This document shows positions 1 through 8,940 of a stretch of DNA of 51,914 nucleotides, piece after piece (the stretch's first letter is position 1; every line of letters begins with the position of its first letter). Source of the stretch: Anaerolineae bacterium (GTDB lineage: Bacteria; Chloroflexota; Anaerolineae; JAAYZQ01); contig DAOTYI010000043.1 of assembly GCA_034434895.1 (NCBI GenBank), positions 1 through 51,914 of the forward strand. The letters run 5' to 3'. Under the pieces are notes generated by a model, which worked only from the letters and a program-made list of their open reading frames with translations, had not been told where the DNA came from and ran no database searches. Made by a program: the position numbers and the translations under genes.

Positions 1-16
1 AGCCTCAGGCAAACAA

Positions 17-57
17 ATGGGAGTGGAGCCTTCAGGCGGAAAAGGCCGGCTAAAGCC
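17..57. repeat. ~41-nt intergenic repeat with imperfect hairpin (copy 1). The inverted copy is at 14657-14697.
   Basis: ATGGGAGTGGAGCCTTCAGGCGGAAAAGGCCGGCT(A/G)AAGC is present here on + and as its reverse complement at 14657-14697. CTTCAG...CTGAAG arms can pair. It overlaps the TAG stop (50-52) of the exonuclease gene. Confidence 0.6.
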
Positions 58-1318
58 TCGACTCCAGCCTGTAGTCCGTGCCATCTACAAGTTCCAGCTT
101 GCGCTGGAGCCGCTCCCGCCGGTGGTACAGTCCGGCCAGAGCCTCCCGGCGTTGTGGACCGGGTGGCCAGGTTTCGGCCAGGGCGATGCCCTGCTGCGTC
201 CAGGCCAACGCCTGGGCAAGGTCCACGTCATGCCATTCGTGGTGTTTGGCCAGCTCCTCACAGGCGTACACGGCCCCATCCAATTCGGCCAGTTGCTGCC
301 ACCAGGGCAAGGCCTCCTCCCGGCGCCCCTGCCGCTTCAACAGATAAGCCAGGTCGCGCCGGGCCATCTCCCGCACCTGGGCCAGGCGGCAGGTCTGGGC
401 CGCCTGAGCATAGGCGGCTTCGGCTTCGGCCAGCCGTTCCGCCTCCTGGAGAAGGCGGGCCAGGCCATACAGCTCCTCGCCGGATAGGCTCTCATCGGGC
501 GGGGAGGTCAACAGGCTGCACAGCCGCGCCGTCAGGGTCACCAACGACAGGATGTCCTGGGCATTGTGATAAAAGACACGCGGCATCTCGCGGGCGTCGC
601 CGGTGCGGGCGTATTCCACGTACAGGCTGGGGATGAGCCAGCCGGGCACATCCTCCTGGCTGCGCCGTACCCCCAACACCTCGGCCTCCAGCGAGGACAG
701 GGCGCAGGAATCGAGGCGATATTTCCACACGCGCCTGGCCGACGGCAACAGGTCCAGGTGGGGAGCCCCGGTCAGGCGCGGCACCTGGTGGGCCAGGAGG
801 AAGCGTGTCTCCAGCAGGGGCAGGTCAAAGCTCTTGCCGTTGAAGCTGACCACCGCCTCCATGCCTTCAAGCAGCTCGCCCAGGGCGCAGAGTTGGGCCG
901 GCTCCTCACTATAGTCGCGCATGAAGAACTGGTGGACGGTGAACTGTTCCCCCTCAAAGACGCCCACCCCCACCAGGAAGGTATAGGTGCCGGTGCCGCC
1001 GACCAGGCCGGTGGTCTCGGTATCCACAAAAGCGGCCCGGCGGAGATCCACCGTGGCCAGCCGCTCGTCGTGGGCCAGGCAGGCCGCGACCGCCGCCGGA
1101 TGGGCCAGCAGATCGGCCAGGGCGTGATGGCCGTGACGATAGAGCAGGTCGTAGCTCTGGCGGTGCAGGAAAAAGGGGCCGAGGTCGGTGTCTATGACCT
1201 CGCCGGGGAGCAGTTGTTCGATAGGCCGTGGCCGGCGACGTGGTTGTGGGATCAGGTGGCGTGCACCCTGATACACCCCCAGGCGTCTCAATCGCTCGCG
1301 GAGGTCGGTGCTTTCCAT
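50..1318 (-). CDS. RNase H-like (DEDD/PolB-exonuclease-like, YprB/COG3359-type) predicted exonuclease with C-terminal TPR-like helical region
   Basis: 422-aa ORF. Motif order is FVDTETTGL, then SFNGKSFDLPLL, then YHNAQDILSL, as in DEDD-type exonucleases. The C-terminus is an Ala/Leu-rich helical repeat region. Confidence 0.65.
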   Translation of the reverse strand: MESTDLRERLRRLGVYQGARHLIPQPRRRPRPIEQLLPGEVIDTDLGPFFLHRQSYDLLYRHGHHALADLLAHPAAVAACLAHDERLATVDLRRAAFVDTETTGLVGGTGTYTFLVGVGVFEGEQFTVHQFFMRDYSEEPAQLCALGELLEGMEAVVSFNGKSFDLPLLETRFLLAHQVPRLTGAPHLDLLPSARRVWKYRLDSCALSSLEAEVLGVRRSQEDVPGWLIPSLYVEYARTGDAREMPRVFYHNAQDILSLVTLTARLCSLLTSPPDESLSGEELYGLARLLQEAERLAEAEAAYAQAAQTCRLAQVREMARRDLAYLLKRQGRREEALPWWQQLAELDGAVYACEELAKHHEWHDVDLAQALAWTQQGIALAETWPPGPQRREALAGLYHRRERLQRKLELVDGTDYRLESRL

Positions 1319-1340
1319 TCGGTCTCCTCGCCGTCTGTCG

Positions 1341-1440
1341 GAGCCAGTCTGAAAAGCTTACCACAAAGGCCACAAAGGAACACGAAGGAAACGAATACCC
1401 TTGGTGTCCTTTGTGTCTTGGTGGTTTTCAGACAAGCTCT
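1341..1440. repeat. ~100-bp MITE-like element with GTCTGAAAA / TTTTCAGAC terminal inverted repeats (copy 1)
   Basis: The reverse complement aligns almost end to end with 35686-35793 (AGAGCYTGTCTGAAAACCACCARGACACAAAGGACACC...CCTTTGTGGCCTTTGTGGTAAGCTTTTCAGAC) with a few indels. A half copy sits at 14543-14590. It is intergenic in all cases. Confidence 0.7.
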
Positions 1441-1534
1441 CAGAGGGGCAGCCTGGAGTCGGGGTTACAGCCTCCACTCCGACAGGCTGCCCGGCGCGGA
1501 TTATACCACCCTTTCCGGGCATTGGCAACAGCAT

Positions 1535-1563
1535 TTGCCTTTTTCGCCGGGTTGTGGTAGAAT
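1535..1563 (+). promoter_or_regulatory. sigma-70-type promoter upstream of the metG leader
   Basis: TTGCCT (1535-1540), a 17-nt spacer, then TAGAAT (1558-1563) with an extended -10 TG at 1555-1556. Confidence 0.55.
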
Positions 1564-1723
1564 GATAACAGCCGGAAGGGGAGGGAATGTCTGTGGGAGT
1601 TCAAAACCGACCACCCCATACCGCTCGCCAGTCGTCGGCGGCCAAGGGCTTCATGGGGGCTCGCCCCCGCCTGCACCTGGTCTGTCCCGGTTGAGTCCCT
1701 TGCCGCCCGGTCCAGCTAAATCC

Positions 1724-1755
1724 GAGCGAGGGGGCCTCCCTCGCTCGTTTTGTTG
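1724..1755 (+). terminator. intrinsic terminator inside the metG 5' leader (candidate attenuator)
   Basis: GAGCGAGGG (1724-1732), loop GGCCT, then CCCTCGCTC (1738-1746), followed by GTTTTGTTG. It sits immediately before the AAGGAG RBS (1762-1767) and the ATG at 1774. Confidence 0.65.
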
Positions 1756-1773
1756 AGAACAAAGGAGAAGATC

Positions 1774-3543
1774 ATGGCCAAGAAAATCTTTATCGGCGTG
1801 GCCTGGCCTTACGCCAACGGCTATCAACATCTGGGGCATCTGGCCGGGGCCTACCTGCCGCCTGACATCTTTGCCCGCTACCATCGCCTGGCGGGCAATG
1901 AGGTGCTTATGGTCTCCGGCTCCGACGCCCATGGCACCCCCATCACCGTCCGCGCCGACGCAGAGGGGGTGCCGCCACGGCAGATCTTTGAACGCTACCA
2001 CCAGGCTTTTCTGGAGAGCTATCAACAGATCGGCCTGACCTTTGACCTGTTCACCCACACCGACACCGAGAATCATCACCGCGTCGCCCAGGACATCTTT
2101 CTCAAAATTCTGGAGAACGGCTACCTGTACAAAGAGGTGCAACGGCAGCTCTACAGCCCACGGGAGGGCCGCTTCCTGCCCGACCGGTATGTAGAGGGGG
2201 AGTGTCCCTACTGCGGCTATGCCGATGCCCGGGGTGATCAGTGCGACCATTGCGGAAAACTTTTGGAGCCGACAGAGTTGATCAACCCGCGCAGCAAGGC
2301 CAGCGGTGACAGGAACCTGGAAATCCGGGAGACAGAGCACTATTTCCTGGACCTGGCCAGGCTGGGCGATGAACTGACAGACTATCTCAGTCACGGCAAA
2401 GAGCACTGGCGGCCCAATGTCATCAACTTTGCCCGCAACTATGTGCAGGACCTGCACGGGCGGCCCATCACCCGCGATATTGACTGGGGCATTCCCCTGC
2501 CGCTGCCCGGCTATGAAGGCAAGTGCCTGTATGTCTGGTTCGAGGCGGTCATCGGCTACTTTTCGGCCAGCATCGAGTGGGCCAGGAACCGGGGCACGCC
2601 CGATGCCTGGAAGAGGTGGTGGTACGATCCGGAGGCGCTGACCTACTACTTTATCGGCAAAGACAACATCCCCTTCCATACCGTCATCTGGCCGGCCGAG
2701 TTGCTGGCTGTGGGCCGGCTCTACCACGATGACCCTGCAGCCCGGTTGAACCTGCCTTACGATGTGCCGGCCAACGAGTACCTGAACTTCCGCGGCGGCA
2801 AGTTCAGCAAAAGCCGGGGGGCGGTTGTAGATGTGCCCTACTTCCTCAGCCGCTACGACCCCGATCCGCTGCGCTATTACCTGACCGCCGTCGCCCCCGA
2901 AACCCGCGACACCGAGTTCTCGTGGGAGGATTTTGTCGAGCGGAACAACAACGAACTGGTGGCCACCTGGGGCAACCTGGCCAACCGGATGCTGAGTTTT
3001 GCCTGTAAGCGCTTTGATGGCCGGGTGCCGGAGCCGGGCGAATTCGATGAGGAGGACCGGCGGCTTTTAGAGAAGGTGGAAGCCGGCTTCCAGACTGTGG
3101 GGGAATTGTACAGCACCTGCAAGTTCCGCGCTGCTCTGGGAGAGGCGATGGCTCTGGCCCGCGAGGCCAACATCTACCTGGACCGCAAAGCGCCCTGGTT
3201 CCAGATCAAGGAGGACCGGCAGGCGGCGGCGACAACGGTGTATGTCATCCTGCGCGTCGTGGACAACCTGAAGACGATCCTGGCTCCTATCCTGCCCCAC
3301 ACCGCCCAGCGGCTGCACAGTTACCTGGGCTATGACGGGCAGCTTTTCGGGCAGCAGCAGGTGGTTGAGTACCGGGAGGAGGGGCGCAGCCACCGGGCCT
3401 TGACCTATGACCCCAGCGGCGCGGTCGGCACCTGGGCACCGGGCCGACTCCCACCCGGCCAGGCGCTGCGGGAGCCGGCGCCGCTCTTCAAAAAGCTGGA
3501 CGAGAAGGTGGTGGAAGAGGAGACGGCGCGGCTGGAGGGGTGA
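1774..3543 (+). CDS. metG: methionine--tRNA ligase
   Basis: Class I HIGH motif region ([15 protein letters not shown]), a Zn knuckle (CPYCGY...CDHCG) and a KMSKS-like FSKSRG. The ATG at 1774 has an AAGGAG RBS. The upstream TTG at 1750 is an unlikely start. Confidence 0.93.
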   Translation: MAKKIFIGVAWPYANGYQHLGHLAGAYLPPDIFARYHRLAGNEVLMVSGSDAHGTPITVRADAEGVPPRQIFERYHQAFLESYQQIGLTFDLFTHTDTENHHRVAQDIFLKILENGYLYKEVQRQLYSPREGRFLPDRYVEGECPYCGYADARGDQCDHCGKLLEPTELINPRSKASGDRNLEIRETEHYFLDLARLGDELTDYLSHGKEHWRPNVINFARNYVQDLHGRPITRDIDWGIPLPLPGYEGKCLYVWFEAVIGYFSASIEWARNRGTPDAWKRWWYDPEALTYYFIGKDNIPFHTVIWPAELLAVGRLYHDDPAARLNLPYDVPANEYLNFRGGKFSKSRGAVVDVPYFLSRYDPDPLRYYLTAVAPETRDTEFSWEDFVERNNNELVATWGNLANRMLSFACKRFDGRVPEPGEFDEEDRRLLEKVEAGFQTVGELYSTCKFRAALGEAMALAREANIYLDRKAPWFQIKEDRQAAATTVYVILRVVDNLKTILAPILPHTAQRLHSYLGYDGQLFGQQQVVEYREEGRSHRALTYDPSGAVGTWAPGRLPPGQALREPAPLFKKLDEKVVEEETARLEG

Positions 3544-3571
3544 ATTAGATGCTCTGTGTTGTTGAGTCCCG

Positions 3572-5257
3572 ATGCTCCGCTTCCTGACCGCCGGTGAATC
3601 CCACGGGCCGGCGTTGCTGGCGATTTTGGAGGGGCTGCCGGCCGGATTGATTCTGTCGGAGGAGGAGATCGATCTCGAGCTGCGCCGGCGGCAGCAGGGG
3701 TTGGGCAGCAGCGCCCGGATGCAGATGGAGCGCGACAGGGTGCAGATTGTGGGTGGCCTGGCCAACGGCCTGACCACCGGCGCGCCCCTTGGCCTGCTCA
3801 TCGAAAATCGGGATGTGCGCCCGCTGTCCGGCGAAGCGGTGACGGTGCCGCGCCCCGGCCACGCCGACCTGGCAGCGACGCTCAAGTATGGCTACAGCGA
3901 CATGCGTCTGGCCGCCGAACGGGCCAGCGCCCGTGAGACGGCGGCCCGGGTGGCGGTCGGCGCCGCCTGCAAACGGCTCCTGGCCGAACTGGGGGTGACC
4001 GTCGGCGGCTATGTGACCCAGATCGGCCCGATCGTTGCTCCCCTGCCGGAGGCGGTGGACCACCTCCCCTTCGTTGTCCGCTTCATCCGGGCAGAGGCCA
4101 GCCCGGTCCGCTGCCCCGACGGAGAAGCCGGCGCAGCCATGGCCGGGGCCATCGCCGGGGCCGAAGCCGAGGGGGACACCCTGGGCGGTGTCTTTGAGAT
4201 CATCGCTCTGGGCCTGCCGCCGGGGCTGGGCAGCCACGTCCACTGGGACCGGCGGCTGGACGTCCGGCTGGCAGCGGCGCTGCTGAGCATCCCCGCCGTC
4301 AAAGGGGTCGAGTGCGGTCCGGCCTTTCAGCTTGCCGGGCAGCGGGGCAGCCGGGTGCATGACCCCATCCTGGTCGAAAAGGGCACGTGGCGGCGGGTGA
4401 CCAACCACGCCGGTGGGCTGGAGGGGGGCCTCAGCAACGGCCTGCCGCTCCACCTGCGGGCGGCGATGAAGCCGCTGCCCACCGTGCAGCCGCCGCTGCC
4501 GTCGGTGGACCTGGCCACCGGCCAACCGGCGACCGCGCCCCCCATCCGCTCCGACTGCTGCGCCGTGCCCCGTGCCGTCGTCGTCGGCGAAGCGATGGTC
4601 GCCTTTGTGCTGGCCCAGGCCGCGCTGGAAAGGGTGGGGGGCGACACCCTGGACCAGGTGCGCTGCCGCTGGCAGGCATTGGCCGCTCCGCCCGGCCCCG
4701 CGATCCGGACGGAGAGCAACCAACAGCCCCTGATCCTGACCGGTTTCATGGGCACCGGCAAGACTGCCGTGGGGCGGATGCTGGCCTGGCGTTTGGGCTG
4801 GACTTTCGTGGACATGGACGCAACCATCGAGGCCCAGTTTGGGCTGACGGTCGGCCAGATTTTCGCCGCCTATGGCGAAGCAGCCTTCCGTCAGGCGGAG
4901 GCTGCTCTGTGCCGCGACCTGGCCGGGCAGCGCGGGCTGGTGATCGCCACCGGCGGGGGCACCCTCCTCTCGGCCGAAAACCGACGGGTGATGATCGCTT
5001 CCGGCCCGGTGATATGCCTCGCCGCCCGTCCGGAGGTCATTGCTGCCCGGCTGGCCGGCGTGTCCGACCGCCCGTTGCTCCAACCTGCCGTCGGACAGAG
5101 CCTCCAGGAGCGCATCGCAGACCTGCTGGCCCAACGCCGGGAAGCTTATGCCGCCCTGCCCCATCAGGTGGATACCTCCGACCTGGGTCTGGAGGAGGTG
5201 GCTGAAATGGTGTTGCGGATCTGGCATCAGAGCTGCGGGGGAAAGGTCAACCGATGA
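3572..5257 (+). CDS. aroC: chorismate synthase fused to shikimate kinase (AroC-AroK bifunctional)
   Basis: The N-terminus MLRFLTAGESHGPAL...GRSSARE-like and RSDxCAVP are chorismate synthase signatures. The C-terminal ~170 aa has the shikimate kinase P-loop GFMGTGKTAVGRMLA followed by FVDMD and GGG. Confidence 0.88.
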   Translation: MLRFLTAGESHGPALLAILEGLPAGLILSEEEIDLELRRRQQGLGSSARMQMERDRVQIVGGLANGLTTGAPLGLLIENRDVRPLSGEAVTVPRPGHADLAATLKYGYSDMRLAAERASARETAARVAVGAACKRLLAELGVTVGGYVTQIGPIVAPLPEAVDHLPFVVRFIRAEASPVRCPDGEAGAAMAGAIAGAEAEGDTLGGVFEIIALGLPPGLGSHVHWDRRLDVRLAAALLSIPAVKGVECGPAFQLAGQRGSRVHDPILVEKGTWRRVTNHAGGLEGGLSNGLPLHLRAAMKPLPTVQPPLPSVDLATGQPATAPPIRSDCCAVPRAVVVGEAMVAFVLAQAALERVGGDTLDQVRCRWQALAAPPGPAIRTESNQQPLILTGFMGTGKTAVGRMLAWRLGWTFVDMDATIEAQFGLTVGQIFAAYGEAAFRQAEAALCRDLAGQRGLVIATGGGTLLSAENRRVMIASGPVICLAARPEVIAARLAGVSDRPLLQPAVGQSLQERIADLLAQRREAYAALPHQVDTSDLGLEEVAEMVLRIWHQSCGGKVNR

Positions 5258-6336
5258 GGAGGATCCTGGCCCCTCCCTCGCTGGGCAGCTATCCGGTGTG
5301 GATCGGCCACCGCCTGCTGCCGCGCCTGGGCCATCTGCTCGCCGGGTGCCTGCCGCCTGGCCCTGTCGCCCTGGTGAGCGACGAAACGGTGGCAGACCTC
5401 TATGCCGGAGCTGCTTCCACAGCGTTGCGGTCGGCCGGTTTCCGCCCCTTTCTGTGTCTCCTGCCCGGTCCGCCCGGCGAGGGGGTCAAGACGCTGGCGA
5501 CCGTAGCGGCGTTGTACGACCGCTTCCTGGACAGCGGGTTGGACCGGGGTGGTTGTGTTGTGGCCCTGGGCGGCGGGAGCGTCGGCGATCTGGTCGGATT
5601 TGCAGCGGCGACCTGGCTGCGCGGGCTGCCCCTGGTCCAGGTGCCGACCACACTGCTGGCCATGGCCGACGCCAGCATCGGCGGCAAGGTGGGGGTCAAT
5701 CTGCCGCGCGGCAAGAACCTGGTTGGGGTCTTCAAGCAGCCGGCCCTGGTTGTTGCCGACCTGGAGACGCTGGCCACGTTGCCGGTGCGACAGGTACAGG
5801 CTGCCTGCGCCGAAATCGTCAAAACGGCGCTGGTGGGCGACGCGGCGCTGTTCGCCCACCTGGAACAGCATGGCCCGCAGCCGCTGGACGAGGTGGTGGC
5901 CCGCTGCGTCGAGATCAAGCTGGCCCTCGTCGCCCGCGATCCGGAGGACCAGGGGGAGCGCCAGCTACTGAATCTGGGACACACCTTTGCCCACGCTCTG
6001 GAGACCGCCTCGGAGCACCGCCTGAATCATGGCGAGGTGGTGGCGGTCGGACTGGCCATTGCCGCCAACCTTTCCTGCCGCCTGGGGCTGTGCCCGTCAG
6101 AAGTGGCAGAGCGGGTCCTCGCCCTGCTGGAACGGCTGGGGCTGCCGTCAACATTTGAGGGGGTGACGCCCGAAGCCCTTCTGTCGGCGATGGCCTGCGA
6201 CAAAAAGCGCCGGGCCGGGGCGCTGCGGTTTGTGCTGCTCCGCGACGTGGCTGCCCCTTGCCTGATCCCGGCGGACCAGGTGCCGGAGACAACACTCCGG
6301 GCGGCATTCAGTCTCGACCTCTCGCCGGATTGGTGA
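5254..6336 (+). CDS. aroB: 3-dehydroquinate synthase
   Basis: GGGSVGDLVGFAAATWLRGLPLVQVPTTLLAMADASIGGKVGVN and NLGHTFAHALE motifs. ATGA overlap with the upstream gene. Confidence 0.9.
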   Translation: MRRILAPPSLGSYPVWIGHRLLPRLGHLLAGCLPPGPVALVSDETVADLYAGAASTALRSAGFRPFLCLLPGPPGEGVKTLATVAALYDRFLDSGLDRGGCVVALGGGSVGDLVGFAAATWLRGLPLVQVPTTLLAMADASIGGKVGVNLPRGKNLVGVFKQPALVVADLETLATLPVRQVQAACAEIVKTALVGDAALFAHLEQHGPQPLDEVVARCVEIKLALVARDPEDQGERQLLNLGHTFAHALETASEHRLNHGEVVAVGLAIAANLSCRLGLCPSEVAERVLALLERLGLPSTFEGVTPEALLSAMACDKKRRAGALRFVLLRDVAAPCLIPADQVPETTLRAAFSLDLSPDW

Positions 6337-6360
6337 CTGCCTGATTTGGGGGAGTGAAGC

Positions 6361-6801
6361 ATGAAGATTCTGGTGCTGCATGGCCCCAACCTGAACCTGT
6401 TGGGCGAGCGGGAGCCGGAGCTGTATGGCCGGCTGACCCTGGCCGAAGTTGACCGCCGGCTGGCCGACTATGCCGCCGAACAGGGCATTGAACTCAGGAC
6501 TTTTCAGTCGAACCACGAGGGGGCGTTGATTGATGTCCTGCACGAACATCGGCAGTGGGCCGACGGCGTGCTCATCAACCCCGGCGCACTGGCTCACTAC
6601 AGCTATGCCCTGCGTGATGCGCTGGCTGCCCTGCCCTGCCCGGCAGTGGAGGTCCACCTGAGCAACATCCACGCCCGCGAACCGTTCCGCCGCTGTTCGG
6701 TCATCGCCCCTGTCTGCCTGGGTCAGATCGCCGGCCTGGGCTGGCAGAGCTATCTGCTGGGCCTGCTGGCTCTGGCCGGGTATCTAAAAGGAGGGCCATG
6801 A
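6361..6801 (+). CDS. aroQ: type II 3-dehydroquinate dehydratase
   Basis: [38 protein letters not shown] and [14 protein letters not shown] are canonical type II DHQase motifs. Confidence 0.92.
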   Translation: MKILVLHGPNLNLLGEREPELYGRLTLAEVDRRLADYAAEQGIELRTFQSNHEGALIDVLHEHRQWADGVLINPGALAHYSYALRDALAALPCPAVEVHLSNIHAREPFRRCSVIAPVCLGQIAGLGWQSYLLGLLALAGYLKGGP

Positions 6802-7871
6802 ACCTGGAGGAGTTGCGGCGGCAGATGGATGAGATCAACCTGGCGCTGTTGGAGCTGTTGAACAGGCGGGCGCAGGTGGCACAGGCCATCGGGCGACTCA
6901 AACGAGCACAGGGGCTGCCGCTGTACGATCCGGAGCGGGAGGAGGCGATGCTCGCTTCCCTGATCGCCTGCAATCGGGGGCCGCTGAGCGACGAGGCGGT
7001 CCGTGGCCTGTTCCGGGAGATCATCCGGGCGTCGCTGGCCCTGATGCAACAGGAAAAGATGGGGACGCTGCTGGTCTCGCGCCGTCCCGCTGTGGAACGA
7101 ACTGTGGTCCAGGTGAGGCGGGTGACGATCGGCCAGGGGCTGCCGCCGGTGCTGATCGCTGGCCCGTGCGCCGTCGAGAGTGAGGAGCAGTTGGCTGCCG
7201 TTGCCGGGCAGGTGCGGCAGGCCGGGCCGAATGTCATCCTGCGCGGCGGAGCCTTCAAGCCGCGCACCTCGCCCTACAGCTTCCAGGGCCTGGGCCAGGC
7301 GGGCCTGCGCATCCTGCGTCGGGTGGCCGATGCCTTTGACCTGCCGGTTGTCAGCGAGGTGCTGTCTCCCGGCGATGTGGAGTTGGTGGCGCACTATGCC
7401 GACATGCTCCAGGTGGGCGCACGGGCCATGCACAATACGCCCCTGTTACGGGCGGTGGGGGGCTGTGGCCGGCCGGTGCTCCTCAAGCGGAGCTACATGG
7501 CCACTGTGGAAGAGTTCCTGCTGGCCGCCGAGTACCTCCTCGGCGAGGGCAACAACCAGGTGGTGTTGTGCGAGCGGGGCATCCGCACCTTTGAGCCGTA
7601 CACCCGCTACACGTTGGACGTGGGAGCCATAGCCCTGCTCATCGGGATGACCCACCTGCCGGTGATCGCCGACCCTTCCCACGCGGCCGGCCGCCGTGAC
7701 CTGGTCATCCCCCTGGCCCGGGCGGCGCTGGCCGCCGGGGCAGCCGGCCTCATGGTCGAGGTTCACCCCAACCCGGCCGTCGCTCTGTCGGATGGGGCAC
7801 AGGCGCTGACCTTCAACCAGTTCGAAGAACTCCGGGCGTTGTTAGCCGGCCAGGCCGCCGGTCAGACCTGA
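6798..7871 (+). CDS. bifunctional chorismate mutase / 3-deoxy-7-phosphoheptulonate (DAHP) synthase, type I-beta
   Basis: The N-terminal ~90 aa is AroQ-class chorismate mutase ([33 protein letters not shown]). The remainder has [36 protein letters not shown] and [14 protein letters not shown], which are DAHPS/KDO8PS family motifs. Confidence 0.88.
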   Translation: MNLEELRRQMDEINLALLELLNRRAQVAQAIGRLKRAQGLPLYDPEREEAMLASLIACNRGPLSDEAVRGLFREIIRASLALMQQEKMGTLLVSRRPAVERTVVQVRRVTIGQGLPPVLIAGPCAVESEEQLAAVAGQVRQAGPNVILRGGAFKPRTSPYSFQGLGQAGLRILRRVADAFDLPVVSEVLSPGDVELVAHYADMLQVGARAMHNTPLLRAVGGCGRPVLLKRSYMATVEEFLLAAEYLLGEGNNQVVLCERGIRTFEPYTRYTLDVGAIALLIGMTHLPVIADPSHAAGRRDLVIPLARAALAAGAAGLMVEVHPNPAVALSDGAQALTFNQFEELRALLAGQAAGQT

Positions 7872-7882
7872 AAGCTCTTCCC

Positions 7883-7911
7883 TTGACAAACAGGCCGAAT
7901 GGCGGTATAAT
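7883..7911 (+). promoter_or_regulatory. perfect-consensus sigma-70 promoter
   Basis: TTGACA (7883-7888), a 17-nt spacer, then TATAAT (7906-7911). A GGGGAGGG RBS precedes the ATG at 7941. Confidence 0.7.
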
Positions 7912-7940
7912 GCTATGCGAAGGTCGGGGAGGGATGTTCT

Positions 7941-8909
7941 ATGAGTCAGCAGCCACCCACCATCCGCCAACTGCCCCTGTTTCCGGGAGAGGAAGCGCAG
8001 GTCGTTTCCGGCCCGACCACCGTCGAACCAACCGAACTGACGGCCACTTCTCCCCTCAGCCTGGCCGTCGAGCAGTTCCGCGACCACATGCGCCGGCAGG
8101 AGTACACCGTGAATACCCAAAACTCCTTCCTGGGCGACCTGGGCCTCCTGAAACGCTATCTGAAGGGGGATCCACCCATCGGTCAGATCAGCACCAGGAC
8201 CCTGCAGAGCTTTCTCCACTGGCTGCAATATGAGCGGGGCAGGCCGTGCAGCCCCAAATCCTATGCCCGGCGGCTGACGACGCTCAAGGTCTTTTTTTCC
8301 TGGCTGGCCGACCTGGGGGTCGTGCGCCCCGACCCGGCCGCCCCTCTGGTCCACAAGCCGGTGCAGACCCCCCTGCCCACCATCCTCGATGACCATCAGG
8401 TGGAGGAGGTGCTGGCCGTCACCCGGAGGTTGATGACCGGCGACAAACCGGACCCCCGGCCCCACCTGCTGGTCACGCTGTTGTTGCACACCGGCATCAA
8501 AAAGCAGGAGTGCATGGCCTTGAAGCTGACCCACATTGACACCTCTGACCCAACCGGGCCGGTGATCCAGATCCGCTACGACCGGCCGCAGATGCAGTAC
8601 AAAGAGCGGCGCTTGAAGCTGCCGGCCGAATGGGCGCGGACCCTGGCCGCCTACCGCCAGGTCTATGAGCCCCAGGAGTTCCTGTTCCCCTGCACGGCGC
8701 GCAACCTGGAGTATGTCCTGGCCGACGTGGCCAGGCTGGCCGGGTTGCCGGCGGGGCTGTCATTCGAAATGTTGCGCTGGACCTGCGCCGTGCGCGACTA
8801 TCGGGCGCGGATGGACGCCGAACGGCTACGGCGCAAGCTGGGGCTGTCGGAGATGAGCTGGCGCGAGACGGAACCCAGGCTGGTGCGCCTGGCCGAACCG
8901 CCGTTGTAA
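7941..8909 (+). CDS. tyrosine-recombinase (phage-integrase/XerCD-fold) family protein with degenerate active site
   Basis: SAM-like core-binding N-domain pattern (LAVEQFRDHMRRQEYTVNTQNSFLGDL...LKVFFSWLADLG). In the catalytic domain, the Arg of TG(L)R is Lys (HTGIKKQE), the HxLRH box reads EMLRWT, and no Tyr is present in the C-terminal LGxS...Y box (LGLSEMSWRETEPRL). Confidence 0.7.
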   Translation: MSQQPPTIRQLPLFPGEEAQVVSGPTTVEPTELTATSPLSLAVEQFRDHMRRQEYTVNTQNSFLGDLGLLKRYLKGDPPIGQISTRTLQSFLHWLQYERGRPCSPKSYARRLTTLKVFFSWLADLGVVRPDPAAPLVHKPVQTPLPTILDDHQVEEVLAVTRRLMTGDKPDPRPHLLVTLLLHTGIKKQECMALKLTHIDTSDPTGPVIQIRYDRPQMQYKERRLKLPAEWARTLAAYRQVYEPQEFLFPCTARNLEYVLADVARLAGLPAGLSFEMLRWTCAVRDYRARMDAERLRRKLGLSEMSWRETEPRLVRLAEPPL

Positions 8910-8915
8910 AAGAGC

Positions 8916-8940
8916 AGGGCAACAGCTCGCAGTTGCCCTA
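8916..8940. repeat. palindromic GC-rich element (REP-like), copy 1. Probable bidirectional terminator between convergent genes.
   Basis: AGGGCAACAGC-TC-GCAGTTGCCCTA. The same element occurs at 24662-24689 and 25393-25414. Its distal CCCTA supplies the TAG stop (8938-8940) of the minus-strand gene. Confidence 0.75.

Noticed and set aside
1564-1773. Calling the metG leader a T-box riboswitch
   Set aside because: I could not find the conserved T-box sequence (AGGGUGGNACCGCG-like) or a convincing specifier loop or AGAGA/GNUGGNA elements by eye. It is kept only as an unclassified terminator-containing leader.
3545-5227. 560-aa minus-strand ORF antisense to aroC-aroK
   Set aside because: It mirrors a gene with unambiguous chorismate synthase and shikimate kinase motifs. 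Its translation is Gly/Arg/Pro/Ala-rich with no recognisable motif. This is the usual shadow ORF of GC-rich DNA.
7941-8909. Integrase as the boundary of a prophage or genomic island
   Set aside because: There is no adjacent tRNA, no att-like direct repeats that I could find, no phage or cargo genes, and the catalytic residues are missing. The flanking genes are core (the aro operon) and envelope functions.
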